A DNA stretch of 64,000 bases from Amphiscolops sp. MND2022 (GCA_964187785.1 OZ076409.1:91638001-91702000), one strand, 5' to 3'. Shown: positions 46,945-61,175, counted from the stretch's first letter. Numbers and translations are program-made. The notes: generated by a model from the sequence alone, not told the origin.

Positions 46945-49900
46945 CTTCCCAACGACTCCAATCCGACCAAATAGTCTCTGTCCGACAATACATCAAATCG
47001 GACACTCCAACAAAAAACTTTTCACAAGTACAAACAACAATTGATGGACTACTCTTCTGTTGTCTGGCAGGAACAAATGGAAAAAGCTATCGATACTTCT
47101 TATAATAACACCCAGTTGTTCCAAAAACCAATTCCTGTTTGGGATCCTGATTACACGACTACCTTCATTACCCGATTCAGGCCTATTCCCTTAGTTGACG
47201 ATTACAACCCCACGTATATTGATCCAGACTACGGCAGAGACCCCTACTGGGGCACAGAACTATATAGCCAAGATTTGCTACAATTCCCATACGTTCTAGA
47301 CGACATTGAGCATTACAACACAACAGTCCACGAAAACCCTCCAATTACCCGTAACAAGAAAGCGAGAGCGCTAATCGAAATTTGACAAATGAATGATGGT
47401 ACAAACCATCCGGTGTTCCCAAACACTTTGGGAACCGAGAATCTCAAAAACTGTGATGAAACATTGCCACAATCAGTGTTAGATGAGAGACAATTCCAAA
47501 ATACCCTCATTACCAAAGACGGTGAACCAGACTGTATACCACTATCGACCAATCTAAACCTCAAATGCAAGAAGCGTATGTTGTTTTTCCCAATGGACTT
47601 TGGGGAATTGACCATAGACGGCAAAGTTGACACTGGGGCATTACCCAGTGCGTTTCGTGAAATGGACCTCTGGAAAATTCGACTCCTTTCTCCACAATCT
47701 GTTATCCGAGAAGGTCCGCCTCCAAATTTTCAAGTCATGGTCGCAAATGGACAATTAGAGACTCCTAAAAGTACAATCGAGCCTAATTTTGAGGTGGTGT
47801 GATATTGAGTTCAACGGAGTCTTCATAGTAATGGAGCATTTAACGGGACCAATCATAGGACTAATGTTCCTTCAACGAAACCATACAGTTCTGGATATGA
47901 GACAGGGGATTTTGAATTTCCCATTCTTTTCAATGCAAACGACCACGAGCAGGCAGCCCATTATGTCAGTAGCCTCATCAAGACCAACAAAAACCCTCAA
48001 AATGCTGAAAATTAATGGTTCCCAACTCCGGAAAACCCGGAAAATCCAGAGGAACATGCGCCGATACAGAAAAGGATCCTACGAGAATTACAGGCCTTAC
48101 AGGACCTGGAGACCCTTGATCCTACGAAAAACGACGAATCAAGAGCAAAATTCTTACAAAACTTTGATTGGAAAGATTCCACTTTAACTAATGACAGAAA
48201 AACAAAAAGTAAAAGAAACATTAGTGGAATTTCATGATATTTTTGCGAGACACAGGTTCGTTATAGCCATGAATGAGGAATTCAAAGTGAAACTGGCGCC
48301 CAAGAACAATTCCCCAGCCTATAGCCAGAGCCTCCCAGCGCCAATAAACTTAAAGGAGGACATCCTAGTCGAACTAGCAATGCTGCATAAATATGGAATA
48401 ATCACCACTTTGCCATTTTCGAAATACGCCAGCCCGATATTCGCGCCAAAGAAGCCAAATGGGAAACTGCGACTCGTGGTTGACTTGAGAAAAATCCTAA
48501 TCTCCAATGAATATATAAACAATAATCACCCCGTCAGTACCCTATTTGATGCCGCCCAACACATGGCGGGCAAAAAGCTCTTTTGCAAATTAGACTGTTC
48601 ACAGGCGTACCATTGCCTCCAGATGGCTGATCTATTGAAATGTTAGCCTTCAATTTTGCAAGCCGGACATTTGCCTACAGACGTTTGGCACAAGGCCTTA
48701 GTCGGGCGCTATCTGTTTTCTCGAGATTTATGCGACAATACCTTGATAAAGTTACCAAAGCGGATCAGTGTGCCTAGTATGTGGACGATATCGGCATCGC
48801 AGCCAACGACGCTGATCACTTCATCGTTAACCTGAGAGCAACATTCAAATGCATTCAGGAAGCAGGCCTTAAATTGACAATGCACAAATGCCATAATGGT
48901 GCTACAGAGGTCGATTTCCTTGGACGAACGATTACCCCAAAAGGCGTCAAACCCCAAAGACAGAATGTTCAAAACTTTCTTGAAGAAACCAAATTTCCGA
49001 AGTCGAAAAAGGCTTTGACACGTTTTCTGAGATTCTTGAACTACTACAGAAACTACGTCCCATGACTATCCGAACGCCTTGCCCCATTCTACAAGATGCT
49101 GAAAAGTGACGAAAAGGTACTAGTATCGAAAAAATTGGTTCAGCAATTTGAGGAAATCAACAGAGCACTAGACAAATGCTGCGACTTGGCAACAACCGAT
49201 TCCGAATAAACAAATAGCACTAATGACAGACTCAAGTTTTGGTGCTGCCGGATACGCAATGCTAATTGAAGATGACCCAAATCAGAAATTCACATCAATC
49301 CGCAAGTCATATGCACCGGTCGCATACGGTTCAAAAACCTTCACCCCTGCCCAGTTAAAGAGGTCCATCTATGCAAAAGAATTTCTTGCAATTTGTTTCG
49401 CATTCAAAGAATTTGGGCATGTTTTCTGGGGTGCGCCGAAACCGGTCTTTATCCTAACTGACAAAAAACCGTAACTAGACTTTTTCAAACAAAAATCGTA
49501 CCCCCAGCCCTGTGGAACGCTTGTGACTATCTTATTCAGTTCAATTTTGTCATAGCACACATCCAGGGAGCACAAAAAACGGCAGCGGGTTACCTGTCTT
49601 GTCTGGAAGCCGGCCCTAAGGACAAATTAGTCATGAAAATCAGACAGGACGTACAACCCGTCGCGATTGAAATAAATGTCCAAACGGGAGGAGTCTCACA
49701 GGAAGAACAAATCTTCTACACAAATGATGATGATGAGACGGAAGAAAAATATTGGGCGAGCAAGAAAGCAATCAGGAAAAATCCCGCCATAGAAGAACCT
49801 ACCGTAAGAATACAAACACTGTCCATAAATTTGATCAAACAACAAACTGACATAAAAATCCGATTACGGAAAATGAACCAGATAATTATTGAGCAATCCA

Positions 49901-51666
49901 TAGATGCAGTGTCACAACAATTGAAGGCAAAACTCCTTCATGAGGATTATTCAGAAAACATTTTGCAACAGGATGGCCGATATAGACACTACGCAAAGAA
50001 TTTGGATCTAAACGTAATCAAGGACAAAATCCTGACCAGGCAATATTCGACGAAACTGGGTATATAAAACACCATCAAATTCTACTCCCGCAACACTTGC
50101 TCCAGGAACTGCTTCAGTCCCTTCACGGAATGGCGCACAAGCACCCTGGCATCTCCAAAATGTTGCAGGCGATCAGGCAAAGATATTATTACCCTATCAT
50201 GGCGAAACATGTTGAAAAATGGGTAGAAGGGTGTGAGCGTTGTGCAAAGGACAAACGCGTCCCCAATGCAAAGATCACGCCTGAACTACTTAACTTGCCA
50301 GAATGGGACCTTGGACCTGGAGACGCTATGCAAATTGACTTATTGCCGAACCTTCCTCAAAGTGGAGGATATGAAAATGTTCTCAAAGCAATTGATGTCT
50401 TTTCGAGATATCTGTTTGCCTACCCTCTCACGGATGCTTCAGCAATCAACGTAGCAAAAGTCCTCATTGATATAATGACAAAAAATGCGTATTTACCAAC
50501 AACGCTTATTACCGATAAAGGAACTGCTTTCACTTCCACGATTATTTCAGAGATAACGCGAATTTTGGGAATTACTCTCAAATGTGCAACCACGAAACAC
50601 CCGCAAACAATCGGGAAATTAGAGCGGACACATGCTTCGCTGAAGACGAATCTAAAAATGGCATGTGGGGAATACCGCCGTCAATGGCATAAATTTTTGA
50701 TATTAACAGTTCTGAACTATAAAACGAGCTATCATGCGAGTATTCGCTGTGAACCAACAAGAGTGTTCCATGGAAGAATCCCATACAAAATTTTAGATCA
50801 CAAGCTCAGAACTAATCCAAACGAGCAACTCAATCAAACTACTGAGTTTGCTGAAGAAATCCAGAATCGGACAAAACTCTTGATTGACAAAACAAAGCGG
50901 ATTATCATCCAATTCTACATTAAATACAAGGAGTATTACGACCGCAAAGCAAAAGAAGCACCACTCAGAGAAAATGATTACTGTTTTGTACTACCGCCAA
51001 AAGCCGACCACCAAGGATTAAAGATTCCATTCAGAGATTACCGTTGGGTTGGACCATTTATAGTCCAGAAAGTTTTATCTAATGAGACTTATATAGTTCG
51101 TAGGCTCAATACAAGTAAAACTCGACGAAGAAATTGTCATTCCGCAAGACGACTTATATACAATAACATGGAAGACAAACCTCGGCGACCAACTAGTTAC
51201 GCGAGGCAACGAGCCTATTCCGACTAACTTGCCAAATGGCGAGCAGCCGGTTACGGCAGAACCGAATTCAAGTGACGCACACGAGAACGAAGCAGATTAT
51301 ATAATCACGACTGACAGTCCGAATGACGTCAAAGACGGAATGTCAGTATGAAAGAATGAAAAATGACGTCAGCAATAGAAATGAAGCTAGTGAAGCTGCT
51401 AGAGATGAAAACTCTGATTGGCCGAATCCAGCCATTTACCCAATAAATGCCGAATTCGTCCGAAAGACTAGAAAATGATACAAATCTTTCAGAAAGAAAT
51501 TCTACTAACGAAGACGATGCACAAGGCTCTCCAAAAAAGGGATGAAATTATCGTGCCCGAAATATCGCAAGATGATGATAGAAATGAAAGTCTGAGCCCT
51601 AGAGGAGGGAAATACAATCTCAGGCCTAACCCCAACCCAAACTACTCAGATGATTTCAGATACTAG
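46941..51666 (+). pseudogene. pol: Element B pol (disrupted, with internal deletions)
   Basis: VDTGA; LDCSQAYH; YVDD; TDSS; integrase HHCC/DDE; VGPF; ends KYNLRPNPNPNYSDDFRY* like A. Confidence 0.92.
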
Positions 51667-51909
51667 AAAGATTGAACTCACCCGAAAACGGGAATTCTTC
51701 TTTTTTCTGGTATCTTTTCTTTTCGGCCCCTTTTTTCATTTCAGTTTTAGAATAAATACTGCTGCAATACAACAATGATCCCCTACAAACAAACAAACAT
51801 GGGATCAGGAATGACAGAAACTAACAAAGATAGATGAATAAATACAGGAATGTGTAGAGAGTCAAACAAAGTTTACGAATGGACTGTGTACATCAATACA
51901 AATGTACAC

Positions 51910-54900
51910 TTAGTTTTTAGAGGGTCCTGCAACGGATTCGTCAATTAGTGATGAAATTCTTGAGCATGAAGAAGCCCGTTCCATCTTCCTCCGCTTCCTA
52001 TCACTGAGGAGTTCGGACAACAGGAGTGTCGCCCATGGTGGATAAATCTTGACCAGTTGAGATGGTGGTCCTATCCAGCAACTCAAATACAGCGGAACGA
52101 TGAGCAGAAACGAGAGACTTGTAAACTTTACCTCTCCCGAAGGCATCGACATATGCCCAGGGGTCATATGTGGGAGAAAAGGCCGATTGACCGAAAGAGG
52201 CAGACACGAGAGAGAAGCTGTTTAAATTATTTTCGTTGCTATAAAAGGCAATGGAACCAGGGACGGACGAGAGATAGCTCTGGCATGGCAGGATAAAATC
52301 AGTGAACCTGCTCTGATGCCCTGAGGTGCTGATTGACCCCATCGTAACTCCAAGATAACTGGGACTAAGTGAAGTGGCACATAGGCAGCATAGTTTGAAT
52401 AAAGGAAACGAATGCTGGTGAAACTGCTTAAAATCCAGGTTGATGAGGAAATCTATCAGATTTTTGGAACTGTCGGTGATTTCAAATGAAGAAGGGTTAC
52501 TGGCGTGGAGATGGTCGAGGAGCCCCATATACTCATCTCGGCAGGCGGATTCAATGGAAGAGGTCACCCAAGACCTAATGGGAAAGGTATTACACAGAAT
52601 ATCAAAATGCCGCAGGGAAACGTCTGTGGGCCTCTTGAACATCACGAAAGGATCAAAGGCGGCCAATCCCTTGACAAGGTTGGAACTCAGCCCGGTCCGC
52701 CCGAGGACTTCCTTCACAAGGAACTGCAGGTACGATTGCCCATATCGGACAAAGTCTGCCTTCCCAGTTCCGGCTGTTTTCATGATGATGTTCTTCTCAA
52801 CCCGCTTGCCTGAGTGGATGCCTTCAGCCTTCTGCTTGCTCGCCTTCGCCACTTTGTTCGTCATCTTAAGCTGGGTGAGGAATTCATCAACAGGCTTGAA
52901 GGTCCCCTCAATTATCTTGAAATTGAGGATGAGAAACCACGGATTCTCGAGAGGTATGGTATCCTGGTTATAACAGCGGAAACACAGCCTGTACACGTAT
53001 CGGACAACCTCCCCACAGAGGTAGAAGGAGGAATCACGCCGCTGCTGCAGTTTGATAACGAAACTGGAATTGTCTAAATACCAAGAAAATGACCCAATCC
53101 GGAGTTGGAAAGGTACCCGAAACATTTAGTGGAATACTAACAGTCACTGTCTAGATGGTAGAAAAATTCCAGTTTGACCAGAAAAAACTCGTCACAAATG
53201 AGTGACCACTCGAAGCTCTGTACCTGGAACAAAAAACCGGAGATGTTCTCCTAGAACCTTAAAGCTTTTCAACCCACACCTTACAAACTTCAGGAACCCG
53301 ACCCAGATCAAGATTGGATAGATTTAGTTACTCACCCTGGTCCGTACGCCTTGCCCCTGTTGTTGTGGAGCTTGAAGAGTTAGGTACGCTGACACCGATT
53401 TCCACTTCTCAATGAGTTCCTGGCAGAGTGTGGGCAGGGTCTGTATGTCCAGTCTGCAGCTGGTTAATGCCTAAAAGGAAAGTTCCAAGTTCGGCATGTT
53501 TTAAGAGATTGGACCTTAACCTTGACCTAAGTATTCATTACCAGTATAAGGGTAGGGTTAACTTACTCGAGCAAGTTCGGGGCTTCCTTGCATCCAGTCC
53601 TCTGTGAGCGATCCTACTAAGGAAATCACTAAGCCCCTCAGCACAGAGAAAAAGTCGATGAGTCCGAAGACACTGTAACTGGTCTTAAGCAACAAACGCG
53701 ATAAGTCCAGTTGGTCGAAGCGAAAGCAGCTTTGGACCGTGCGTGTAATGCTTGGCATCTCATCGATCGTGCGGACGAAGTCGACTGGACACCCGGAACA
53801 GGCCACTATGTCAGCTTTAGTCGACGTTACAGACAGGAGTCGAGCAAGGGATCCCAACTCTCCGGTGAATTCAGTAGAGGGCAACCCTATCAAACGAGCA
53901 AACTAGAACACGGCATAGATCCGAATTCTTCCAAAAGCGCAGAGACATGAATCTGCTGGCTCCCTTCTCCTCAAACGCAAGTCCGTATCACTGTTCTGTG
54001 GCAACATGCTCAGGGATGTCGCTCATCGCGCAATTGAAGAGGTGTTGGAATATGGCCTGAAATGGAAACAAAACTTTAAGTACCCATTTAGATGACTTAA
54101 ACAAAAGCCTCAGTCGGGAAGATACTTACAGACATCCGTTCGTCACCCCAGTCGAAATCACAGAGAGCAGCCTGGTGGTCGGTTAATGAACTGACCCGTG
54201 CCCATAAGTTTTCGAGTATGGACAAATCTCCTTGAGTCTGAAGGAAATCTGAGACTATGCATAGCTGGGTGCGAGTTCGGGACTCAGGCGTGATGGGGGG
54301 GTTTCGGCCTCTGACGAAGTCGTCGTAGACGGGAAAGCGCTCGCCCAAATCTACTAATTCGACATTGATGAATTTTGGTAATTCTTTTGCCAATTCTGTC
54401 TTCATCAGCAGCTACCCGTTTCGACCTTTAACTCGGTGCTGTATTTTGCCGGTGACCGGATCAACACTCCTGAGGTGTTCATGCCTCCATCCCTGGTCAC
54501 GTCTCTGGTGTTTTTCGCTCCGGTGATGCCGAAGGATATCAAAGGGGCCTTTGGTTTTAATCGAAAAGTTCTTTTTACACACATGGCACCAAACCATGTG
54601 TGGATTGCGGATCGGGTCTGCAGGACCAGAAATGAAGGACCTTGTCCAACCTATCTTCGCGAAGAACTCCTCGCGCATTGGAACTCCACGCTGCTGCTGT
54701 CGCTTGGGCCGAACTGGTTTCTTGGACTTGCTTTTCCTCTTGGACGAAGAGTCCAGTGCTTGCTCCCTTACTTCGGAGAGGGATATATCCTGACTGCTGG
54801 GGTCTGTGGCTAGGGCCTTTTCCTCAACGTGTCCGGCAGTGGTGCCTGGACTAGTGTGTTGAAGAGAGCCATCTTTGGGTCCCGACTTAAAAGCGGCAGA

Positions 54901-56054
54901 GATCAAGGCCATTTCCCCGGCGCTGTCGCTCTCTCCAAATGAAGAGGAATCACCTACTTCACCTAGATCTGTTTAGTCTGGGCCATGCGTGTCAACGTTC
55001 GAGTCACCTCCACCTTCTGCATCACTAGAACCGCTAAAAAGCTCTCTAAAGGGGGTAGAAGCCCGAGCTCTCTTGTAGAAGTGTGCTGTCCTGGATGGAG
55101 CTGTAGCAGCCTTACCTCTCACTGCATCGAGGATCATTCTCTCCATCGTATCGTAGAGCGTTTCGGAGCGTTTCATCTGTGAGGATCCGTAAAAGATGGT
55201 TTACTTGTGGCTCGGTAAAAGCCACTGTGGAATGCACTGTTGGCCTCATCAAAATAGGTTTTAAGAATTGCCCTGGTTCTTCCTGATATTTCGGGGAGGT
55301 TGTCTTCCATCCCTCTGGAGATTGTGGCAGTGTAATCCTGATGCGAAGGACCGGCAGCTTGCGAGGTTGATTCATCTCCAGCCTCAATTCCTGACTCCGA
55401 CATGTTGGGAATGTTGCGGTACAATTGCTGATGTCCGGTGTTGCTTGACTCCTCAACAGTTTTTTCACTCTCACTCAGATCAGTGAGGAAACGTACCTCT
55501 GGGTCGCCACTTGGCAAAGCAGGGACTTCATACACTGACGAATTGTTGTCATCATCAGTTTGGACTACCGTTGCAGTTGTTCCTTCAGGATTCTGGCTTC
55601 GCGCATGTAAAAGTTCTGGCAATTGTGAGGCTGAAGTGTCAACAAATCGTAAACCAGATTCTACGGCAGCCAGGATGGTTCTTGCCGCCCACTCGTCTGT
55701 TACTGGAATCGGGGTACTTGACCGCAACGTTGTTATTTGCGGAAGGCCCTGACTGGCCATTTCTTCAATTTGGATTCCCAATAGCGTTTCATCAGCGAGT
55801 GCAGCTAGCCCCGCATTGGAAGAGAGCCCATCAGACTTCATACTCTGGACTTTCGCATCACTATCCTTTTCACTATCAGCACTTCGGGGGGAGTTAAGTA
55901 GGTCAGCAACAGTCTGGGGATCAGAAATGGTTATTTCTGCAGAAGCAGGTGGAGAAGTCACTGGTGAACTTGTTACTGCATCGTTCTCGGGGGTTTGGTT
56001 CACTAAACGAAAAGAAATGAAAATTGGCGGTAAGCTTCCTCGAAATGAATCCAT
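51910..56054 (-). pseudogene. Element B antisense BED-finger/hAT-like gene; introns 54057-54129, 53471-53566, 53224-53335, 53074-53141
   Basis: Homologous to A throughout (MDSFRGSLPPIFISF, TVAFTEPQ, MREEFFAKIGWTRSF, WCHVCKKNF..HHRSEKH, LAAFDP, YDPWAYVD); GT-AG introns restore the frame. Confidence 0.8.
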
Positions 56055-57119
56055 TTGCCGCATTAGAATACTTCCGGAAGTAACTCTTAATTTCGAACAA
56101 CGTATTATGACACGTTCAAAGATGGAAAAGGAAGCGCTTTGTGAATAAAAATTAGCTCTGATCAAGTTAAACTAGTTCAAAATATGAAACCTAAACCAAC
56201 CTGAGTTAGAAGACATTCTCTTGCAGTGACGTACTCTTCCAGGAAACAGTCCTCAGTAGGCTGATCAAAATTGATAGTGTTCGGGAGGTTGGCCGAATTG
56301 GGCTAAGAATGAAGAAGACCTGGAGTACCAGAAAGGGATGAGGTTGACAACAAAGTTGAAGGCAAGGGTAGACAGAAGTGGTTGAATAGATCCAGACAAA
56401 GAAGAGTATAAATGAAGAAGAATGCAAATTATAAAAGGAATTGGAATGACAACAGTTAAAATTGAAAATTGGAGTTCGTGACTGAAGAAATTACCAGACT
56501 AAAATTGTATGGCTATTTACATATTCAAAATGTACATGGAGTCTGCCAGCAAAATGTACAAGAGATCTTTCACTATTTACAACCTTATTAGTTAGAAGAC
56601 TATTACGACCGGTTGCCCTATTTTGTTTAGCCGTTTTGTTCCGTTATCCCTAATATCTTAGTTAGAATTCCGCCATTTTGTATTATCTACAGTTATTATT
56701 TTCACCATTTTATTATTCATTTTTCTTTTTATCGAAGCTCATTTCTGATTGGCTGAAGCCATTTTGAAAGAAACCTCACGACGCGTGCCGTTAATTACAC
56801 CCAAGCACGCTACTAATCACCCTCTTGAAATGAGGATATTTGTTGTTAACAACTCGAAGGCACTTCTCTCATCCACTTGAGAAGGTGAGATTGGGGGTTG
56901 GCTTCAGGAATTCAAAGACTTATTGCCGTTGAAAAATTCCATTCAGAAATGTTTATGCCGAATTAGGATAATTTACCGACAACCTAAGCGCCAAATACCA
57001 ATTGCCGGGAAAAGACCCGATTCGGCTTGTCTTAGAAAATTATTAAATTTAATCTGCTAAAAATCTTCATCGAATTCAGTTGCCTTCTAGTAAATCAAAA
57101 ATTGCTAAAAAAACTCATC

Positions 57120-57913
57120 ATGCAGAAATATACCGCCTCCAGAAAATTATTCGACGACGACTTAGACTCTGATCTTTCAAGCAAGTCAGTAACATACAAC
57201 TCCAGCGATGAGAGTGGAGAGGTATCAGACGATTGGGACTCTGACTGTTCAACTGACACAGAGCGCTTGACAGAGAGGATCGAAAGAGAAGTTCACGCGA
57301 GCCCTATGTTAATTGGCGGAAGAATTATGACCGTTGAGGAAGATGAAGCCGTACAAGGCCTTAGCACAAGAGGGCCGGGTGTTAGCGTTACTCCCAAACT
57401 TGGACCGGAGTGTTTCAACGAGGAACTGTGTTTCGCTCTCAAGAAGGAGAGCGCTCTTCAGAGGGTCCAACTTTGTAAAACCATCTTGCCGGTTTCGTAA
57501 ACACCATTGTCGCCACACCCACATGAGAGGGGCCCATCCAGTGAAACCGCGCTGATCCCACAGGTCAGTGGGACATTCAGGGCATCTTTTAACTTTCAAA
57601 ATTCACGCCTCTATGACAACTTAAGCACGCAGAGATGTACGATGTACCAGTTGTATGGTGTGCGTAAGAGCGATAGACGAAATCAAAGACGAAAAGGTCA
57701 GGTTGTATATGGATCGATCAACACCGCACGGCGAGCCAGAATACATCACGAAGCTGAGGCGTGAGGCCTATATTAACGGAATGAATGCAGGTAGTTTACT
57801 ATTTATAGCACCCGCAATGGCGCAAGCTGCCGCCTGTGAGGGCACCAACTATAGGACTTCAACGGCTGGTCAAGATATAACACCTGGAACCTTACCTATC
57901 TATTATCTATTGA
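57120..57913 (+). pseudogene. Element B ORF-X (disrupted)
   Basis: ORF pieces 57102-57500, 57507-57764 and 57655-57951 align with ORF-X of A. Confidence 0.75.
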
Positions 57914-59730
57914 AACACAAACTTGCAAAACTACTAAAACAGTACGGTTAGTCAATTGAATTATGTTGGAAACACCATTGCTACATTTGTATTAGTATTA
58001 GTCTGTTAAAATATTACGATTTGGAACTATCCTAATCAGGCAGTTGTTAGATTCAAATAATGTAATCGTAAAGTTGAAAGTTGGCAAAAAGCTGTGATAA
58101 ATTGAGAGCAATTCAATCGCAGAAAGGAAACGTGTTCAAATGCGGAAACGTGTTGTCTCGGTGACGTAGCTGTCAGTACAAAAATCAACCAATCAAATCG
58201 CTCCATTGCTGTACTTAGTGCATATTTAATAAATTGGCCGAGTCAGGCCGGAAGACGCAACTTTACACTTCTTACTCAATATTTCAGTCATTAGGCCGGT
58301 TTCGGCCTCCTTCAAAGTAAAGTGCAAAGAGAAAGTTAACAACCATCATAATCAAGTATTGCTTGATTGTTTGTGCTTTTAATAATGAACATTGTCCCAG
58401 TACAAACTACCTAACAGCTTTTCATTTATAATAACCAATTCTGAGCTAAAATCATTCACCCCCTCTATTCTGTTAAATTAAAATTAGTCAAGTGACCTGT
58501 TCCAGCCTAATCATATAATGACGTTACTTTCGTTTGTTCACTGTTAGTTGCTCTCAGTTTAGTTGCGCTATATAATCTGATGACCCTGAAAAATGTTAAA
58601 CGATATTGTGCCAGATATGTCGAAGCTACCAATCTTTGAACCCACCTAGACCATTATTTATGAAGCAATGTTAGGCCATGTGTCCATAATAGGCCGTTAT
58701 ACTATGTATTATTAACATGGAATCTCAGCATGTACTACTAGTGTTCTTTTAGTCAATAATCCTCACGTGGCGACGTAGCCAATAATTTGTACTAGAGTTG
58801 CTTTGTAATTTGTTTACATTCCTGAAGTGATTGCTAATTTGAAGTTGCGTTCTTTAGTGGATATCTATGTCAGGAATTTCCTTCTATTAGGGTGTTTATT
58901 TGAATATGACATTCACGTGACCCTTTGTGGAAAAGTGTGACTTGATGTTAGGACATAAGTACTTTGATGTCATAGTTAGTAAATATTTCAAATATGTGGA
59001 AAATGTGATTGTCACCCTCCCCGAAGTATATTATATTTTACCCGTGTTTGCCTTGGGAGGGACACAATTTGTTTTATTCCAACAGTATTTGTTAGGCTTT
59101 TTTAGACTGCGAAACTAGATCACCAATTAAAAAAGTTCAACTTGAAACCTCAATGCCTTCTACTAGAAAGCAAAAGAAGGCCAGGAAATCAAGAGGGTTA
59201 GAAATGCTTTCGGACATTGAAAACCTTGATATAATGCTTGGTGAAAATCATTTCAACTCAAGAGAGAGAGAGAGAGACAAAAGTTTGAATAGTAATCTGG
59301 CTATGAGGCCTGATAGTCCCATTAGTAATAATTTTGGAAATGGTGATGAGAATCTGTGCCAGGACCGAAAAGATATTAGTTCAGGGATTATTGCCGATTA
59401 CGGCCAGAATCCAGTCGGTACTATTTCTCATGCTGAGATCAATAGATTGTCGAGCGAATTGAATTCTAGAATATCTAGAGAGATGGATGAGATGATGAAC
59501 AGTGTCAGTGTTCAAATACAAAGAGCCATAAATGATGCTATTTGCAATCAAGTACTACCTCAGATTCAAAATGCCATTATGGCCGGTTCAGGACCAGAAA
59601 AGGATGGAACGTTTCAGCTTAGGAATCAGGAGCAAAATCCGAAGTTCTGCGGAATGTAGGGACTACGTGAGAAGTGAGCATACCCAAAATCGTCAAAATG
59701 ACGACCAACCCAATCACAACGCTTACGACA
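57818..59730 (+). repeat. LTR2 of element B
   Basis: Direct repeat of LTR1; followed by PBS and gag continuation to 60247. Confidence 0.9.
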
Positions 59731-60247
59731 TGGTGACAGGAGAAAACGAATCTCAAATTGATGTTCCTGAGTTCCTCACGGGGCGAATGCCATCAAGAAG
59801 TCATCTCCACAAATCCTATGATGACCTCAATCCCTTTCTCGACATTACGATCCCAGCGCAAGAGAGGATCGTACCGGCCCCAGAACAAGATCCCATCAAC
59901 AGGCTAGCTGACGTCTTGACGAGTACGCAGAATCGTCGAACAGCCCAACAACTCACTATTTGTCCGGTCAACTCACACACTATGACCTTCGACGGCAAAA
60001 GCGAGAAGTTCGAGCTGTTTGAAGATCTCTTCCACACAATGATCAAGATGCAGTCTGAAATGTCCGAACAAATGAAAATTAACCATTTTCATTCCTTGTT
60101 GAGAAAGAATGCTCTTCAAACACTCAGGAATATCAGCACGGTTAATAGACAAACTCTTTAGGACGTATTTGTCATCTTCAGACGAAAATACGTCAAGCCT
60201 GAGTCTCAAGCGACTGCTAAACACAAATGGGACCGCTTGGTCTTTGA
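59153..60247 (+). pseudogene. gag: Second, truncated gag copy of element B
   Basis: Near-identical to 45215-46329; breaks after HKWDRLVF. Confidence 0.85.
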
Positions 60248-60254
60248 GACTGCC

Positions 60255-60894
60255 ATTAACAATTTCTTTTTTTTTCGAAAATTTTTTAAAGACTCCAAAG
60301 AGTCCCCCTTCACTGTTTTGAAATTTTGCAACAGAATGGATGTCAAAAATTCTCAAAAGGTCCCCTCTTTCACAGTTTCCGGCATTGTGACATTTTTCAA
60401 AAGGAATAGTTTTTGTGTTAATATTACGTTTTTCAGGTCCGGCACGCTAAATCCGATTTTTGTTGTTTTAAAAGACCGGTGTTTTTCTATGCGGCTTTTT
60501 TTAAAATTTGTTTCACCGGAGCCCCTCCTCAATTTTTGCTAGAAACGAAACGTTTTGCGAGAGTTAAGGACTCCTCAAGGTTTTCGGCACTAGGCGACTT
60601 ACCGGAGACCATCAAAAATATTTTCGAAAAATTTCGAAAAGTTTTTTCCTCAATTTTCTGTTTTTTGAATGTTTTTCGTTGAGAAAGATGGGTTTTTTGC
60701 TGTTTTCAGTTCGGGAAGATTGGTTTTCGAGACTTATGCGTATCCTTTGGGTATTTTTTGGCGCTGTATTTTGTAAAACTGATGAAATTTTAATGTCCTT
60801 CTACCCTTGGTTCTCCTTATGATATTGCTTATTTGGTTTTCTTCAAAAGTTCGCAAGTGTTTGCGAAGCACGGCTTCGCATCTGTGTATAATTT
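60255..60894 (+). mobile_element. 3' part of a HINE family 1 element
   Basis: Aligns with the 3' half of 12328-13393; subTIR tcgcaagtgt at 60851-60860 plus gcgaagc-acg-gcttcgc hairpin. Confidence 0.7.
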
Positions 60895-60971
60895 GAATTC
60901 GGCAGATGTTGGAATAAAGTGGAGATTTGGCTGAAATTGGGAAAAACTGACTAAAAATGACGGACAAAATT

Positions 60972-61175
60972 GAACAAGTCGCCCGTTAAGCACCGGGATA
61001 TTTTCCGCATTCTTAAAAAAGTCCGATGAAGGCGAAATTCGAACCCACTATCTACTGCCTGATAAGCGGATGCGCTAACTAATGGAGATCGCGGTGATTT
61101 GGCAGAATTGGTTTGAAAAACGCAACACAGATTTTAGTTTTCCTCCCTACACAATAAATTGTGGGGGCGGATAAT
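60972..61175 (-). mobile_element. HINE family 2 copy with tRNA-like core
   Basis: Reverse complement matches both ends of 38519-38826; core reads agttagcgcatccgc...ggttcgaatttcgcc. Confidence 0.6.

Larger units (their letters stand above)
43908..60247 (+). mobile_element. Ty3/Gypsy element B: LTR1 (5'-clipped)-internal-LTR2-start of a second internal region
   Basis: LTR1 43908-45814 lacks the first ~14 bp; LTR2 57818-59730 (TGGCGCAAGC...GCTTACGACA); a PBS follows both; same gene set as A; no TSD. Confidence 0.9.

Noticed and set aside
52440..52973. Opposite-strand ORFs overlapping TE genes (also 4785-5057, 32940-33363)
   Set aside because: Shadow ORFs of real coding frames; not conserved between A and B.
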